Counted from the whole stretch's first letter, positions 42,720 through 53,157 are shown. The stretch is 63,999 nt of DNA, filler included, from an uncultured Methanoregulaceae archaeon (GCA_964530035.1; 5 parts of 5 records of this genome joined end to end with filler, not necessarily neighbours in it), one strand, 5' to 3'. Made by a program: numbers and translations. Notes: generated by a model from the sequence alone, not told the origin.

Positions 42720-42900
42720 TTCTTCTCAGCACCTGCCCCGGACCATGTCCATTGAGCCGGCTTTCTTAGTTATGGTCAACAGGCCCTCCGGGAAGTGCAG
42801 TACTCCTTTCCTCATGGTTTTCCTCCTCATCTCCACGAAGGCTATGTTCTGACTGATATAATTAGAAAGTTCCTGTCAGCCCTTCATGAAAGACCACTAT

Positions 42901-43040
42901 CAGTTGCAATTCGGATCAGAGGATTTGAACAGTGCCGGTAGTTCTGGTTTTCACCTGGAACAGGCAGAGGATTGGAGGGATGAGAACCGGGTGGTTGCCG
43001 CCCCCCAAACCCCCTGCTTACGATAGCCAGGGCAAGCCGT
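42901..43040 (+). repeat. Dispersed repeat, copy E (cut by contig end)
   Basis: GATCAGAGGATT...GTTTTCACCTGGAACAGGCAGAGG...CCCCCTGCTTACGATAGCCAGGGCAAGCCGT. Confidence 0.9.
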
Positions 43041-43140
43041 NNNNNNNNNNNNNNNNNNNNNNNNNNNNNNNNNNNNNNNNNNNNTTAATTAATTAANNNN
43101 NNNNNNNNNNNNNNNNNNNNNNNNNNNNNNNNNNNNNNNN
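43041..43140. other. Artificial contig linker
   Basis: N-TTAATTAATTAA-N, 100 nt. Confidence 0.98.
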
Positions 43141-43180
43141 GAGTCACCTCTCCCGTTATCCGATGAACCTCAACCCTTCA

Positions 43181-43404
43181 GTGGGGGCTTCGCCCCCACG
43201 CCCCCGAAAAGATACCCCGCCGCCCCCGAAGGGCGCCCCGGCGGCGATCCTACGGCCCTTCATGGAGATTTCGGACAGAGAAAAATCCAGATGAAGACGA
43301 AAAAAATACAAAAGCCATAACATAAACAACCCTGATAACGGAATCGCCAACGGCTTGCCATGGCTATCATATGCAGGGGGTTTGGGGGGCGGCAGCCCTC
43401 CCGG
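43181..43404 (-). repeat. Dispersed repeat, copy B
   Basis: GTGGGGGCTTCGCCCCCAC hairpin; GGCTTGCCATGGCTATCATATGCAGGGGGTTTGGGGGGCGGCAGCCC. Confidence 0.9.
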
Positions 43405-43466
43405 GGCGGATCCAGCTCACCGTACTCACATTCACTCCAGTTTCACCTCAAACAATCCACCCTTTC

Positions 43467-43739
43467 GTGGGGACTTAACCCCAACACCCCTGACAAGACA
43501 CTCCACAATCCAGAAGGGCGCTTCGGCGATGGTTCCACGACCCTTCATGAAGAGTTCGAACCAAATGAATCTCGTTGAAGACTAAAACCAATAAAATCGA
43601 TTCCACAAACAACCTCCATAAAGCAATCGCCAACGGCTTGTCATGGCTATCATATGCAGGGGGTTTGGGGGGCGGCAGTCCCCCGGTTCAATTCCCTCTC
43701 ATCCTCTGCCTGTTCAAGGTGAAAACCAAAAAACAGCTC
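43467..43739 (-). repeat. Dispersed repeat, copy C (tandem to B, degenerate left half)
   Basis: GTGGGGACTTAACCCCAAC; GGCTTGTCATGGCTATCATATGCAGGGGGTTTGGGGGGCGGCAG; TGTTCAAGGTGAAAAC. Confidence 0.85.
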
Positions 43740-43924
43740 TGATGAAACCCACATGGACGTGAATTTATACACGGACCATGGGAATCTTCGCCCAAAATTT
43801 CCTTACAATGAGGCCATTATTAGCATTTTCATACCAAATACCGGAGAAGGCGAACGGGCCGGTGAATCATACGTACCCGGTTATCGTCGCTCCGGGACCC
43901 CCGCTGAATCCCAGGTGATCGCCA

Positions 43925-45334
43925 TCACCGGTCCCATACCGTGTCCTTGAGTGTGCTCCAGCCCTGGTCCTTTTGGGCACAGGTTTCAGCCTGGATATCA
44001 CGTATCCTGGTGAGGACACGCCATGTGCTTTCTTCGCCTGCGAGACGCTGCCCTTCCCCGTCACCCTTCATAAGAATGATAAATGGAACGACCGTTGTTT
44101 GGTCCGCAAAAACCGTGACCTCCGTTGAATATGGCTCATAACCGGGCCGGGTAAATGTCAGGTTCTGTGTCCCTGCAGAAATATTCCTGATTACCTGGTT
44201 TGCAACCCCGCGTTCAGCCCCGTTCACAAGGATAGCCGTGTCCGAGGGATACGAAGAGACATACACGGAGCCTTCACCGGGCGAGACATCCTGGCCATCC
44301 CCGGGATCCTGGATGGAAACACCTGTGGTGACCGGGACAACCGGTTCAAGCGTGACGGAAACCACATACTGCTGGTCCTGCTGTACCGTGTAGTCCGTGG
44401 TATAGGTCTTATATCCGGGCCTGTTGAGGAGCAGGGTGTGATTCCCGGGCAGGATGTCCGTGAGGACGAGCGTGCTTTTATCTGGAGTCCGTCCGACCAT
44501 GACACCGTCTGAATAGACCATTGCTCCTGATGGCGTGGAGGAGACAATTATCGTTGCCGGGGGTAAAGGAGTGAGGGTTTCAGTGAGGTATTTGTCCGTT
44601 TCCAGTGCCGGGTCGAAATCAAGGTCCAGCCAGACAAAATCACGGTATCCTTCCCTGGATAGCACCACCGAGTGCTTCCCCTCATCGACGTCTATCGTGG
44701 TCGGAGTGGTACCCCGGAAAAGGTCATCGAGGTATACTGCCGCACCTGACGGGCTCGTGCTGACGTGGAATGCCACGGTTGTAGGCCAGGGTTCAAGGTG
44801 TGCATCAACGGAAATTGTACTGTTCGAAGAAACCTCTACGTTCGTGAACCATTCCTCATAAAAATCACAATATACATACACCACGTGCGGTCCCGGCGTG
44901 ACGTTCGTAAAGGTGCACGGAGTGGTCCCTTTCTGATAGTTTTCCAGGAAGGCTGTCACTCCGGAAGGGACAGAAGTAACCTGGATGCTTCCGGGCGGAT
45001 CACCCGGTGTGAGGACCGCTGTGGGAAGAGTGATGGTATCCCAGAAGGAATGTGAACCGTTTGCAGTCCCTACAAACTCATCGTACCAGGGGGCACGGAT
45101 CGAGTATGTGTGGGTCAGATCCGGCAACCCGGTTACTGCAACGGAAATCGGAGTCGTGCCCTGGAATTCACCGTCAAAGTAGCAATCGGCCCCGGACGGG
45201 ACTGACTGGACGTAATAATAGCCCCACCATGAGTCAACCGAGGCGGATACCGGGAGGACAAGAAGTCCTGCTGTGAATAGTGCAAGGAGAAAAAATTTGT
45301 ACACTGCCGCCATGACAACCGTGAAAGTATACAT
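43925..45334 (-). CDS. Multi-PEGA-domain surface protein
   Basis: Signal peptide; about five S.PSGA.VY.DG...G.TP units. Confidence 0.88.
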   Translation of the reverse strand: MYTFTVVMAAVYKFFLLALFTAGLLVLPVSASVDSWWGYYYVQSVPSGADCYFDGEFQGTTPISVAVTGLPDLTHTYSIRAPWYDEFVGTANGSHSFWDTITLPTAVLTPGDPPGSIQVTSVPSGVTAFLENYQKGTTPCTFTNVTPGPHVVYVYCDFYEEWFTNVEVSSNSTISVDAHLEPWPTTVAFHVSTSPSGAAVYLDDLFRGTTPTTIDVDEGKHSVVLSREGYRDFVWLDLDFDPALETDKYLTETLTPLPPATIIVSSTPSGAMVYSDGVMVGRTPDKSTLVLTDILPGNHTLLLNRPGYKTYTTDYTVQQDQQYVVSVTLEPVVPVTTGVSIQDPGDGQDVSPGEGSVYVSSYPSDTAILVNGAERGVANQVIRNISAGTQNLTFTRPGYEPYSTEVTVFADQTTVVPFIILMKGDGEGQRLAGEESTWRVLTRIRDIQAETCAQKDQGWSTLKDTVWDR

Positions 45335-45509
45335 GACCAAGGGAACGAAATACCTTTTCCAGGAAGTGAAAATAACCGGGGGACCTCAACCCCCCGGAGT
45401 GACCCGGTTGATGAACATGGCATAAAGCTCGGTCTAAAGAGCCTATTTAGCAAAAAACCACGTTTAAAACAGGAAACGTTCCCGGAAATGATGAAACAGA
45501 TGACCTGTT

Positions 45510-46154
45510 TCAGGGAGAGGCTTCCGGTGGTTTCATCCTCGCATGGGTTATCGTCAGTAAGATGCCCATGATGACCGCAAAAAGAATGAAACTGAGCACC
45601 CAGTCCGAGGGTGTCATCACGTCATACACGATCACATACCACGTCACCAGGACACAGTAGGGTATGAGCAGAACCATGGTGGTGAACAGGCCCGGGTTGT
45701 ATCCCTTGTTTTTTACCTGGAAGGTAATGGCATGCTGCAGGTTGTTAATAGCAAACTGGAAGATGACTGCAGCAAACCCGATCCAGGGTATCGTATAGAA
45801 CACCGCCCCGATGATCACCCACGGCCAGATAAGGACCGGGTTGACCAGGAAAATATAGGGTTCATTCAGGGGGACGTCCTTCCTGGTATCACCGGTGGCG
45901 AGAATGGTCCTGGTGTTGATGAAATCCTTGAACCCTCCCGGGGCAACGTATTCCTCGAATTCATGGATCATGATCACAGGCAAATGCAACCAGAGGAGCC
46001 ACTGGTAGATGTTCAGCGCAGGGGTGGTGAAGAACAGGATGGCCAGGACTGAAAATAAGACCGGGGCGGTGAACGTGCCGATCAATTGCCACGCGGTATT
46101 GAGTTTTTGAAAAAGAAGGCCTGTCCTGTCAGAATCACAGTCCAGGGGTATCAT
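45510..46154 (-). CDS. HXXEE-domain membrane protein
   Basis: MIHEFEEY, YNPGLFT, multiple TM helices. Confidence 0.85.
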   Translation of the reverse strand: MIPLDCDSDRTGLLFQKLNTAWQLIGTFTAPVLFSVLAILFFTTPALNIYQWLLWLHLPVIMIHEFEEYVAPGGFKDFINTRTILATGDTRKDVPLNEPYIFLVNPVLIWPWVIIGAVFYTIPWIGFAAVIFQFAINNLQHAITFQVKNKGYNPGLFTTMVLLIPYCVLVTWYVIVYDVMTPSDWVLSFILFAVIMGILLTITHARMKPPEASP

Positions 46155-46315
46155 GGTACCGGTCCTCCCGGGACCTGTTTTTTCTGTTTCATCCCACTCC
46201 ACTTTTTTTAATTTTCATTATCCCGTTATCATGTAAAATTAAGGAAACGGTTTGCGTTTCCACCACCAGGAACGAGGATACTTTCCTGAAGAGGGAAAAG
46301 GGACCCGGACTTGTA

Positions 46316-47149
46316 TCACCGGGCATCCTTTGCCAGGGCTTCGTCAGAGCCTCCGCCCCGTTTCCAGACCTCTCCGCCGTCGATGACAAAGTCCGAGCCG
46401 GTCACGAAGCCGGACTCATCCGAGGCAAGGAAGACGACCGGGTAGGCAAGGTCGACCGGGTCACCCACCCGGCCGACCAGGTTTGACTCCGCGAACATGG
46501 CCAGGAGCTCCTCCCGGGTCCTGCCGGCCCCGGCAGCCTTCTCGAAGGCCACGTCCAGGATTGCCGTCCTGACAAAACCGGGGAAGACCGTGTTGACCCG
46601 GATGCTGTCCTTTGCCAGTTCAACGGCAGCTACTCTCGAGAACGCTGCAACGGCACCCTTGCTCGTACAGTAGGCCGCATTCATGGCGCTTGGGACGAAC
46701 ACGATGTTCGAGGAGATGTTGATGATGGAACCGCCCTTCGTACCGTTCCGCTTCATTGCCGGGACAGCGGCCCTGGTACCCAGGAACACGCTCTCCACGT
46801 TGGTTGCCATGACATTTCGCCACTCGGGGATCGTGGTCTCGACGATTGGCTTGAGAAAACCGATCCCGGCATTATTTACGAGCACGTCGAGCTTCTGGTA
46901 GGTCTGTACGGTATACCCGATGATGGTGTCCCATGAGGATTCATCCGTCACATCGAGCCTGAAAAAGGACGCGACGCCGCCTTTTTCCTGTATCTCCTTC
47001 ACGACTTCTTCCCCGGCATCAGCCCGCCTGGCCGCGATGACCACGCTCGCCCCTTCCCTGGCGAAGAGTTCCGCGATACCTCTCCCGATGCCCGATGTCG
47101 AGCCGGTCACGATGCAGACTTTACCGGAAAGACGTCCTTTGTCAGCCAT
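46316..47149 (-). CDS. Short-chain dehydrogenase/reductase
   Basis: TGSTSGIG, NNAG, YCTSK, IRVNTVFPG. Confidence 0.95.
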   Translation of the reverse strand: MADKGRLSGKVCIVTGSTSGIGRGIAELFAREGASVVIAARRADAGEEVVKEIQEKGGVASFFRLDVTDESSWDTIIGYTVQTYQKLDVLVNNAGIGFLKPIVETTIPEWRNVMATNVESVFLGTRAAVPAMKRNGTKGGSIINISSNIVFVPSAMNAAYCTSKGAVAAFSRVAAVELAKDSIRVNTVFPGFVRTAILDVAFEKAAGAGRTREELLAMFAESNLVGRVGDPVDLAYPVVFLASDESGFVTGSDFVIDGGEVWKRGGGSDEALAKDAR

Positions 47150-47417
47150 GTCTTCCACTGTACCGTGTCCTGATTTATTCCTGGTGATTTTAACGCCGGG
47201 ATGTACGTGCTGGACCACGAACACCGGTCAGGGCCCTCGTTCAGAGACCGGTTTGTTTCAGCGGCCCGCAGGTCCTGGGATCATCCTTCAAAGGCATCGG
47301 CAGTGGCAACATTCCGGTCAGGGGACAGGGCAGCCTCCTCCGATGACACCCGGGGAGAAGGATAATGTCGAAAAGAAGGGCCGACAGGGTTGATTATCTT
47401 CAACCCGCCGTTTCCTG

Positions 47418-48803
47418 TTATAATGGGTCGAGTTTTATCGTCCGGAAGGAAATCCTGTTCCAAATCGCATCAAGTGTCCCTGTCCACTCCTGGTATCCCT
47501 GCCGCGTGACCCTGAGCGAATGTTCCCCCTCCGTGGCCTTGAAGAGGTTGGCCGCCGCCTTCCTGGTCATGCCGACGGCAACCCCGTCAACGTAGACGGT
47601 CGCACCATAGGGGATTGTGTTCAGGTAGAAGAGGGTGGTTTTCGCATCCGGCTGCGGCTGGGTGGTGGCGGTGATGTAGTTCGCCCTGGTCAGGGTGCTG
47701 GTGCTGTTATCCCCGGTCACCGTGAGGCTGACCGTGTAGATACCGGCCTTCCTGTAGGTATGGACGGGGTCCGGGTCGCTCGAGGTGGTGCCGTCGCCGA
47801 AGGAATAGAGGAAGGTATCCGGGCTCCCGGTGGATGACGAGGTGAAGGTGACATTGAGGGGGGTGAATCCCGAGACAGGGCTCCCGGTGAAGTTCGCCTT
47901 GATATCAGTTGTCTCCGTCCTCTTGATCGCTACGCTGTGATGGTATCCCCCGGCGACCGCAAAGTAGCCTTTGCCGGCCGGGACGTTGCACTGGCCGTAG
48001 CTGTTGTCCCCCCATGCAGCAAGCGTCCCGTCAGAACGCACCGCGACCATGTGGGTATCCCCGGCATCGAAGGCTGAAAAGGTGTTTGCCCCAGGAATAG
48101 TGCACTGGCCATAGGTATTCGATCCCCAGCAGACGAGTGACCTGTTCAGGTGCTGGGCGACGGAGTACCCGTCCCCTGCGCTGATGGCGATGTAATCGTC
48201 CCCGGCCGGGACAGTGCACCCCCCATAGGAGTTATCCCCCCATGCGGCCAGCTGCCCGTACGTCGTCGCCAGGGTATGGCGTAACCCGCCGGTGATAAGG
48301 TCATAGTTGTTCGGCGAAGGGACGCCGCACTGGCCGCTGGTATTGTCTCCCCAGCCGGTTACTTTTCCGTTCACGGTAGCGGCGAGGCTGAACCTTCCGC
48401 CTGCACCGAGGTTCGTGTATTCGTCTGCTGCCGGGGTGTCGCACTGGCCGTAGCTGTTATCCCCCCAGCAGGTGACGGGGTTGGTCTGCTGCCCGAGCTC
48501 CAGCGCGATATTATGGTTGCCCCCCGCTGCCATGGCGACGTAGCCGGTCTGGTAGGGGACTTCGCACTGGCCGTACGTGTTGTCCCCCCACGCCACGATG
48601 GTCCCGTCGGCACGGAGGGCGATGTTGTGGTTGAAGCCGGAATCGATGGCGATAAAGTCATTTCCTGCCGGGACGTTGCACTGGCCATAGGTGTTGTCGC
48701 CCCACGCCACGATCGAGCCCGTGGTGACTGCGCCTGCCGTACCAGCCAGAATGCTCAACAGGACCACCATAAGAAGACAGCTTCCATACCCACTTTCAAC
48801 CAT
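47418..48803 (-). CDS. Secreted RCC1-repeat beta-propeller + PKD + PEGA protein
   Basis: Seven WG[DS]N..G.C repeats; PKD FGDGTTSSDPDPVHTY; PYGATVYVDG. Confidence 0.9.
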   Translation of the reverse strand: MVESGYGSCLLMVVLLSILAGTAGAVTTGSIVAWGDNTYGQCNVPAGNDFIAIDSGFNHNIALRADGTIVAWGDNTYGQCEVPYQTGYVAMAAGGNHNIALELGQQTNPVTCWGDNSYGQCDTPAADEYTNLGAGGRFSLAATVNGKVTGWGDNTSGQCGVPSPNNYDLITGGLRHTLATTYGQLAAWGDNSYGGCTVPAGDDYIAISAGDGYSVAQHLNRSLVCWGSNTYGQCTIPGANTFSAFDAGDTHMVAVRSDGTLAAWGDNSYGQCNVPAGKGYFAVAGGYHHSVAIKRTETTDIKANFTGSPVSGFTPLNVTFTSSSTGSPDTFLYSFGDGTTSSDPDPVHTYRKAGIYTVSLTVTGDNSTSTLTRANYITATTQPQPDAKTTLFYLNTIPYGATVYVDGVAVGMTRKAAANLFKATEGEHSLRVTRQGYQEWTGTLDAIWNRISFRTIKLDPL

Positions 48804-49002
48804 AAGGATTCCCCTCGGTACGTGGCATTACACAATACACCTTATTATGGGTATCTCAAGAAGGAAGGCATCTTTTTCCGCAGATTCCGGATGACTCCCT
48901 GCAAGGTTGTCCAGGTATACGCACATGAAACCGGCGAACGGCCATACCATCACCCTGGCAGAATACCAAAGAGAAAAATGGGTGGAACACCATCGAAGAT
49001 AT

Positions 49003-49842
49003 ATGAGCGTGAAGCCATCACCCCGGGTTACTCCCTGCCTTGCCCTGGTCCCGGTCGTCCTGTTCGCCATGGTCCTTTTATCCGGCTGCATGTCGGGACA
49101 ACCGCCTGTACCGGCCCCGGAGACCGCACCGGCACCGGGCCTGACCTTCTATACGGAACAGAACCCACCCTATAATTACGAGGAGAACGGGACCCTGAAG
49201 GGCATTGCCGTCGATCTCCTTGAAGAGATGACCGCCCGTGCGGGGTCCCGGGTAGACCGGAGCCAGGTCCGTCTCGTGCCCTGGACCGAGGGGTACCAGG
49301 CCGTCCTCCACCAGAACCGGACGGTCCTGTTCACCACGGTACGCCTGCCGGAACGGGAATCGTCCTTCAAATGGGTGGGTCCGGTGTATCCCTACACGAA
49401 CGTCCTCTTCAGCCGGCAGGACAACAACTTCACGCTCAGGGGCGTGGAAGACCCGGGACCCCTGAAGATCGGGGTCATCAGGGACGATATCGCCGGTATC
49501 CAGCTGATGGCCATGGGAATGAACGAGAGCCAGCTCGTGAAGGAAACCAGTGTCAGGGAGATCATCAGGAAACTGGAGAGCGGTGAGATCGACCTGTGGG
49601 GATATCCGGAGCCTTCCGGACGGTATTTTGCCCAGCAGGTAACCGGGAATGCCTCCACATTCCGGGTGGTATATACCCTGCCGGGCCTGGACGGGTACTA
49701 TGCCTTCAGCCGGGACACCCCTGACTCCACGGTGGAGGCCTTCCAGAAGGCCCTGGACTCCCTGAAACAGGAAAAGGATGCTTCAGGAAGAAGCCGATAC
49801 GAGGAGATCGTCTGGAGATACATCCCCTCTTCAGGCGTTTAG
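49003..49842 (+). CDS. Family 3 (polar amino acid type) extracellular solute-binding lipoprotein
   Basis: LSGC lipobox; TEQNPPYNY, GIAVDLL, RESSFKWVGP. Confidence 0.85.
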   Translation: MSVKPSPRVTPCLALVPVVLFAMVLLSGCMSGQPPVPAPETAPAPGLTFYTEQNPPYNYEENGTLKGIAVDLLEEMTARAGSRVDRSQVRLVPWTEGYQAVLHQNRTVLFTTVRLPERESSFKWVGPVYPYTNVLFSRQDNNFTLRGVEDPGPLKIGVIRDDIAGIQLMAMGMNESQLVKETSVREIIRKLESGEIDLWGYPEPSGRYFAQQVTGNASTFRVVYTLPGLDGYYAFSRDTPDSTVEAFQKALDSLKQEKDASGRSRYEEIVWRYIPSSGV

Positions 49843-50157
49843 TATCCTCTTTTTCATCCACCCCGTCCTGTCCGTGCTGGCGAACCCTGCAGGACGGAAA
49901 GAGCTGTCGAAAACGCCTCACCCGGTCGATCTCACCTGATAGGAAATGGGCCGATGAGGTTTCCGCGAGGCCCGGACCCCTGGCGATATACAAAACCCCG
50001 CCCCTGTGACACCCATGTAGCGGGAGAGGGGTCNNNNNNNNNNAGGATATCCAGGTAATTTTCTGCCGACCGGGCGGTCACAAAGTATATCGTGCCGCTC
50101 GCTCCTCATTAGAACTATCCGCGCATAATTAATGCACAGGAACAGGGAGAAGACACC

Positions 50158-50856
50158 ATGGGTCTCTTGAACCGGATGGGGACTGTAATCAAGGCGAAAA
50201 TGAACCAGTTGATCGGGAAAATGGAGGATCCCAGGGAGACGCTTGATTACTCCTATGAAAAGCAGCTTGACCTCCTGCAGAACGTCAGGCGGGGAGTGGC
50301 GGAGGTCGCGACCTCGAAAAAGCGTCTGCAGCTGCAAAAGGCAACACTGGTCCAGAACAGCGACAAACTTGAAGAACAGGCACGGGAGGCACTGAAGGCA
50401 AACCGCGAGGACCTCGCACGCCTCGCCCTGGAACGGAAACACGCCCTGACCTCCCAGATCTCCGGTCTTGACAAGGAGATCGCGGCCCTCGAAGCCGAGC
50501 AGGAGAAGCTGGTCGCGGCTGAAAAACGGCTTGCCACCAAGATCGAGATATTCAGGTCGAAAAAAGAGACGATCAAGGCACAATATTCCGCTGCCGAGGC
50601 GCAGGTCAGGATCAGTGAGTCGGTATCAGGCATCAGCGAGGAAATGGCTGACGTGGGGATGTCGATCGAACGGGCCGAAAACAAGACCCAGGAGATGAAG
50701 GCACGCTCTGCCGCCCTTGACGAACTGATCGAACAGGGGACCCTCGTGGACTTCACCGCCCGGGAGGACGACATCGAGCGGGAGCTTGCAAAGATCAGCG
50801 AGAAGGGAGGCGTCGACGCAGACCTGGCCAGGCTCAAATCGGAGATGAGCCGATGA
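50158..50856 (+). CDS. pspA: PspA/IM30 (ESCRT-III superfamily) protein
   Basis: MGLLNRM...MEDPRETLD, REDLARLALERK, KARSAALDEL; long coiled coil. Confidence 0.92.
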   Translation: MGLLNRMGTVIKAKMNQLIGKMEDPRETLDYSYEKQLDLLQNVRRGVAEVATSKKRLQLQKATLVQNSDKLEEQAREALKANREDLARLALERKHALTSQISGLDKEIAALEAEQEKLVAAEKRLATKIEIFRSKKETIKAQYSAAEAQVRISESVSGISEEMADVGMSIERAENKTQEMKARSAALDELIEQGTLVDFTAREDDIERELAKISEKGGVDADLARLKSEMSR

Positions 50857-51131
50857 TCATCCGGATCATCGGCCAGGGGCAGTTCAACGTGCCGGGCCGT
50901 CTTTTCGATGACCTCAACCGTATCGACAATAAAATCGTCGGGTTTGTCCAGGACGGGAACGAGAAGGACTATAAATCGGGTCTTGCGGAGCTGGTCGGAC
51001 TGGTCATCCGTGAAGGAAAAAAGCTTTCCGAGGGGGAACTCGTCGAGTCCGATGTCATCGTACCTCCGGCGGATATGACCCTCGATGAAGCAAGACAGGT
51101 CTTTACCGGTACCGGTATTTTCAAAGGATAA
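50853..51131 (+). CDS. pspAA: PspA-associated protein PspAA
   Basis: MIIRIIGQGQF...SDVIVPPADMTLDEA; ATGA overlap with pspA. Confidence 0.8.
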   Translation: MIIRIIGQGQFNVPGRLFDDLNRIDNKIVGFVQDGNEKDYKSGLAELVGLVIREGKKLSEGELVESDVIVPPADMTLDEARQVFTGTGIFKG

Positions 51132-51188
51132 CCCCCGGGACATTTGTGGGCTTATTTCTTCCAGGGAAGGAGGAACGGCAAAAGGTTC

Positions 51189-51761
51189 CTAGAGGGGAAT
51201 ACCCCAGAGGGGATACCATTTCCCGACATCCTTCTCCAGGGGAAGCTCCCGTTCCAGCAGGGACCGTATCCTGAATTCCCTTGCATTGTCACGTGTTTTT
51301 TCACCGGCGGGAATGAAGGGGTAATACCGCCCCTGTTTGAAGTTGTACACCCAGTAGACCGGTTTTTCGTTTCCAAACCTGAATATTGCACAGAGAAGGT
51401 AGGTGCCCAACCCCTTCCCGATGAAGGTCTGGCTGACGAGGTGGATGCTCGTTACGAGGTCTTCGAAATCCGCGTCTTCGAGGATGACCCAGGTGAACCG
51501 GTACGCATCGGACACGACCCTGAAGGTGGTCCCGGTTTCCCTCGCGCTGAAGGAGAGGAGTGCTTCGATCTCACTCCTGGCAGCATCATATTCTAAGGAC
51601 TCGACGGGCTTGAAGCAGATCCCGGCAACCTGGGAGGGTTTCAGGTCGAATTCACTCTGCATCGTGATGCTGGCGGCAGTGATGGCAAACATCTTTTCGA
51701 GAGAGGCTTCTGGCAGGTCGGTATCGCCCAGGAGTGATTTCAGTGCGTCCTTAAACCCCAT
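51189..51761 (-). CDS. pspAB: PspA-associated protein PspAB
   Basis: FEDLVTSIHLVS, YWVYNFKQGRYYPF, RDNAREF, WYPLWGIP; overlaps htpX end. Confidence 0.8.
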   Translation of the reverse strand: MGFKDALKSLLGDTDLPEASLEKMFAITAASITMQSEFDLKPSQVAGICFKPVESLEYDAARSEIEALLSFSARETGTTFRVVSDAYRFTWVILEDADFEDLVTSIHLVSQTFIGKGLGTYLLCAIFRFGNEKPVYWVYNFKQGRYYPFIPAGEKTRDNAREFRIRSLLERELPLEKDVGKWYPLWGIPL

Positions 51762-52641
51762 GCCCTGCCATCTCCTGTTCGATCCGCTCAAGGGCAGCTA
51801 TTCTCTGTTCTATCGTCGGGTGCGAGGCGAAAAGGTCCATCACCTGGGACCCCGAAACCGCCGGGATGATGAAAAAGGCATTCATGCCTTCGACCTCACG
51901 CAAGTCCCGGGTCGGCACCCGCTCCATAAGGCCGCTGATCTTCATCAGGGCCGAGACCAGCTGGGAGGGCCGGCCGGTCAGGACCGCCGACCCCCGGTCC
52001 GCGGAAAACTCGCGGTAGCGTGAAAGAGCCTTGATCAGGAGGAAACTGATGACCCAGACCACTGATGCGACTATCGGGATGATCAACCAGTATTCCGGTT
52101 TTCCGTTCCTTCCCCCGGCTCCGCGGGTCATCAGGGAACTCCTGACGACAAAGAACGCTGCGGTCGAGATAAGGCTCGCCAGGGTGAGGACCACGACGTC
52201 GCGGTTCCTGACGTGGCTCAGCTCATGGGCAAGGACCGCCTCGAGTTCGTCCTGGTTGAGGGTCGAGAGGAGCCCTCGTGTCACGGCGATAATCGAGTTC
52301 CTGGCATTCCTTCCCGTTGCGAACGCATTCGGCATGGTCTTCTCCACGATGGCAATTCTCGGCCGGGTCATCCCCGCGATGGCACACAGCCGCGTCAGGA
52401 TCTCATAGAGGTGCGGTTCTTCCTGTTCCGAGACCACCCGGGCCCCCATGGACAGGAGGACCAGCCGGTCTGAGAAAAAAAACTGGAGCAGGAGGAACCC
52501 CGTGACAATCACCACGAGGAGCAGGGTGTCGACTCCGATGTACGCCAATACTGCGATGAAGATGAAATATACCAGGGCGAGGAGGAACATCGTACCGACC
52601 ATTCTCGCCTGCAACCCCCGGTCCCTGGGCCATAAAAGCAT
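51751..52641 (-). CDS. htpX: M48 zinc metalloprotease HtpX
   Basis: PNAFATGR, AHELSHVRNRD, LSRYREFSADRG, FASHP. Confidence 0.95.
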   Translation of the reverse strand: MLLWPRDRGLQARMVGTMFLLALVYFIFIAVLAYIGVDTLLLVVIVTGFLLLQFFFSDRLVLLSMGARVVSEQEEPHLYEILTRLCAIAGMTRPRIAIVEKTMPNAFATGRNARNSIIAVTRGLLSTLNQDELEAVLAHELSHVRNRDVVVLTLASLISTAAFFVVRSSLMTRGAGGRNGKPEYWLIIPIVASVVWVISFLLIKALSRYREFSADRGSAVLTGRPSQLVSALMKISGLMERVPTRDLREVEGMNAFFIIPAVSGSQVMDLFASHPTIEQRIAALERIEQEMAGHGV

Positions 52642-52858
52642 GGATGCCTGAGTCTCCCGAATCACCATACGCCTGGAAAATCACCGGTATTTTCCAGATA
52701 ACGCCGTTTCAGCGGGGATTGTATCCGTATCCCGGCATGTATCACATGGACCATGCAACCCCAAAAAGATTCTCACCCCCCCTGATTCCGGGCGCTGTCC
52801 CCGGTCCTGTCGGATCGGTGTCGCATCCCCTTATCCGATATCCCATGACCATCCTTCT

Positions 52859-53157
52859 GTGGGGGCAAGCCCCCACACCCCCCGAAAAGATACCCCGCCG
52901 CGCCCGAAGACCGCCCCGGCGGCGGAATCACGGCCCTTCATGAGGATTTCGAACAAAAAAAACTCGCTGAAGGCTAATAATTACAGGAAAGCTACCACAA
53001 ACGACTCTCCCATAAATGAATCGCTTACGGCTTGCCATGGCTATCGTATGCAGAGGGTTTGGGGGGCGGCAGCCCCCCGGTTCAAATCCCTCTCATCCGC
53101 TGCCAGTTCAAGATGAAAACAAAAACCGGGCTCTGTTGAATCCTCTGATCGAAACTG
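52859..53157 (-). repeat. Dispersed repeat, copy D (most complete, ~300 bp)
   Basis: GTGGGGGCAAGCCCCCAC ... GGCTTGCCATGGCTATCGTATGCAGAGGGTTTGGGGGGCGGCAGCCCCCC ... AATCCTCTGATC. Confidence 0.9.

Noticed and set aside
43156..43585. Short ORFs such as MAIICRGFGGRQP and MKGRETAAGAPFGGGG (also 28570, 52859)
   Set aside because: They are translations of the non-coding dispersed repeat; frames are not preserved between copies
43181..43739. Tandem repeat copies as a CRISPR array
   Set aside because: Period about 286 bp with long degenerate units; no 25-45 bp repeat/spacer pattern and no cas genes
49975..50033. GACCCCT...AGGGGTC hairpin beside a 10-N gap
   Set aside because: Only 7-bp arms, single copy in the window and cut by the gap; cannot be classified
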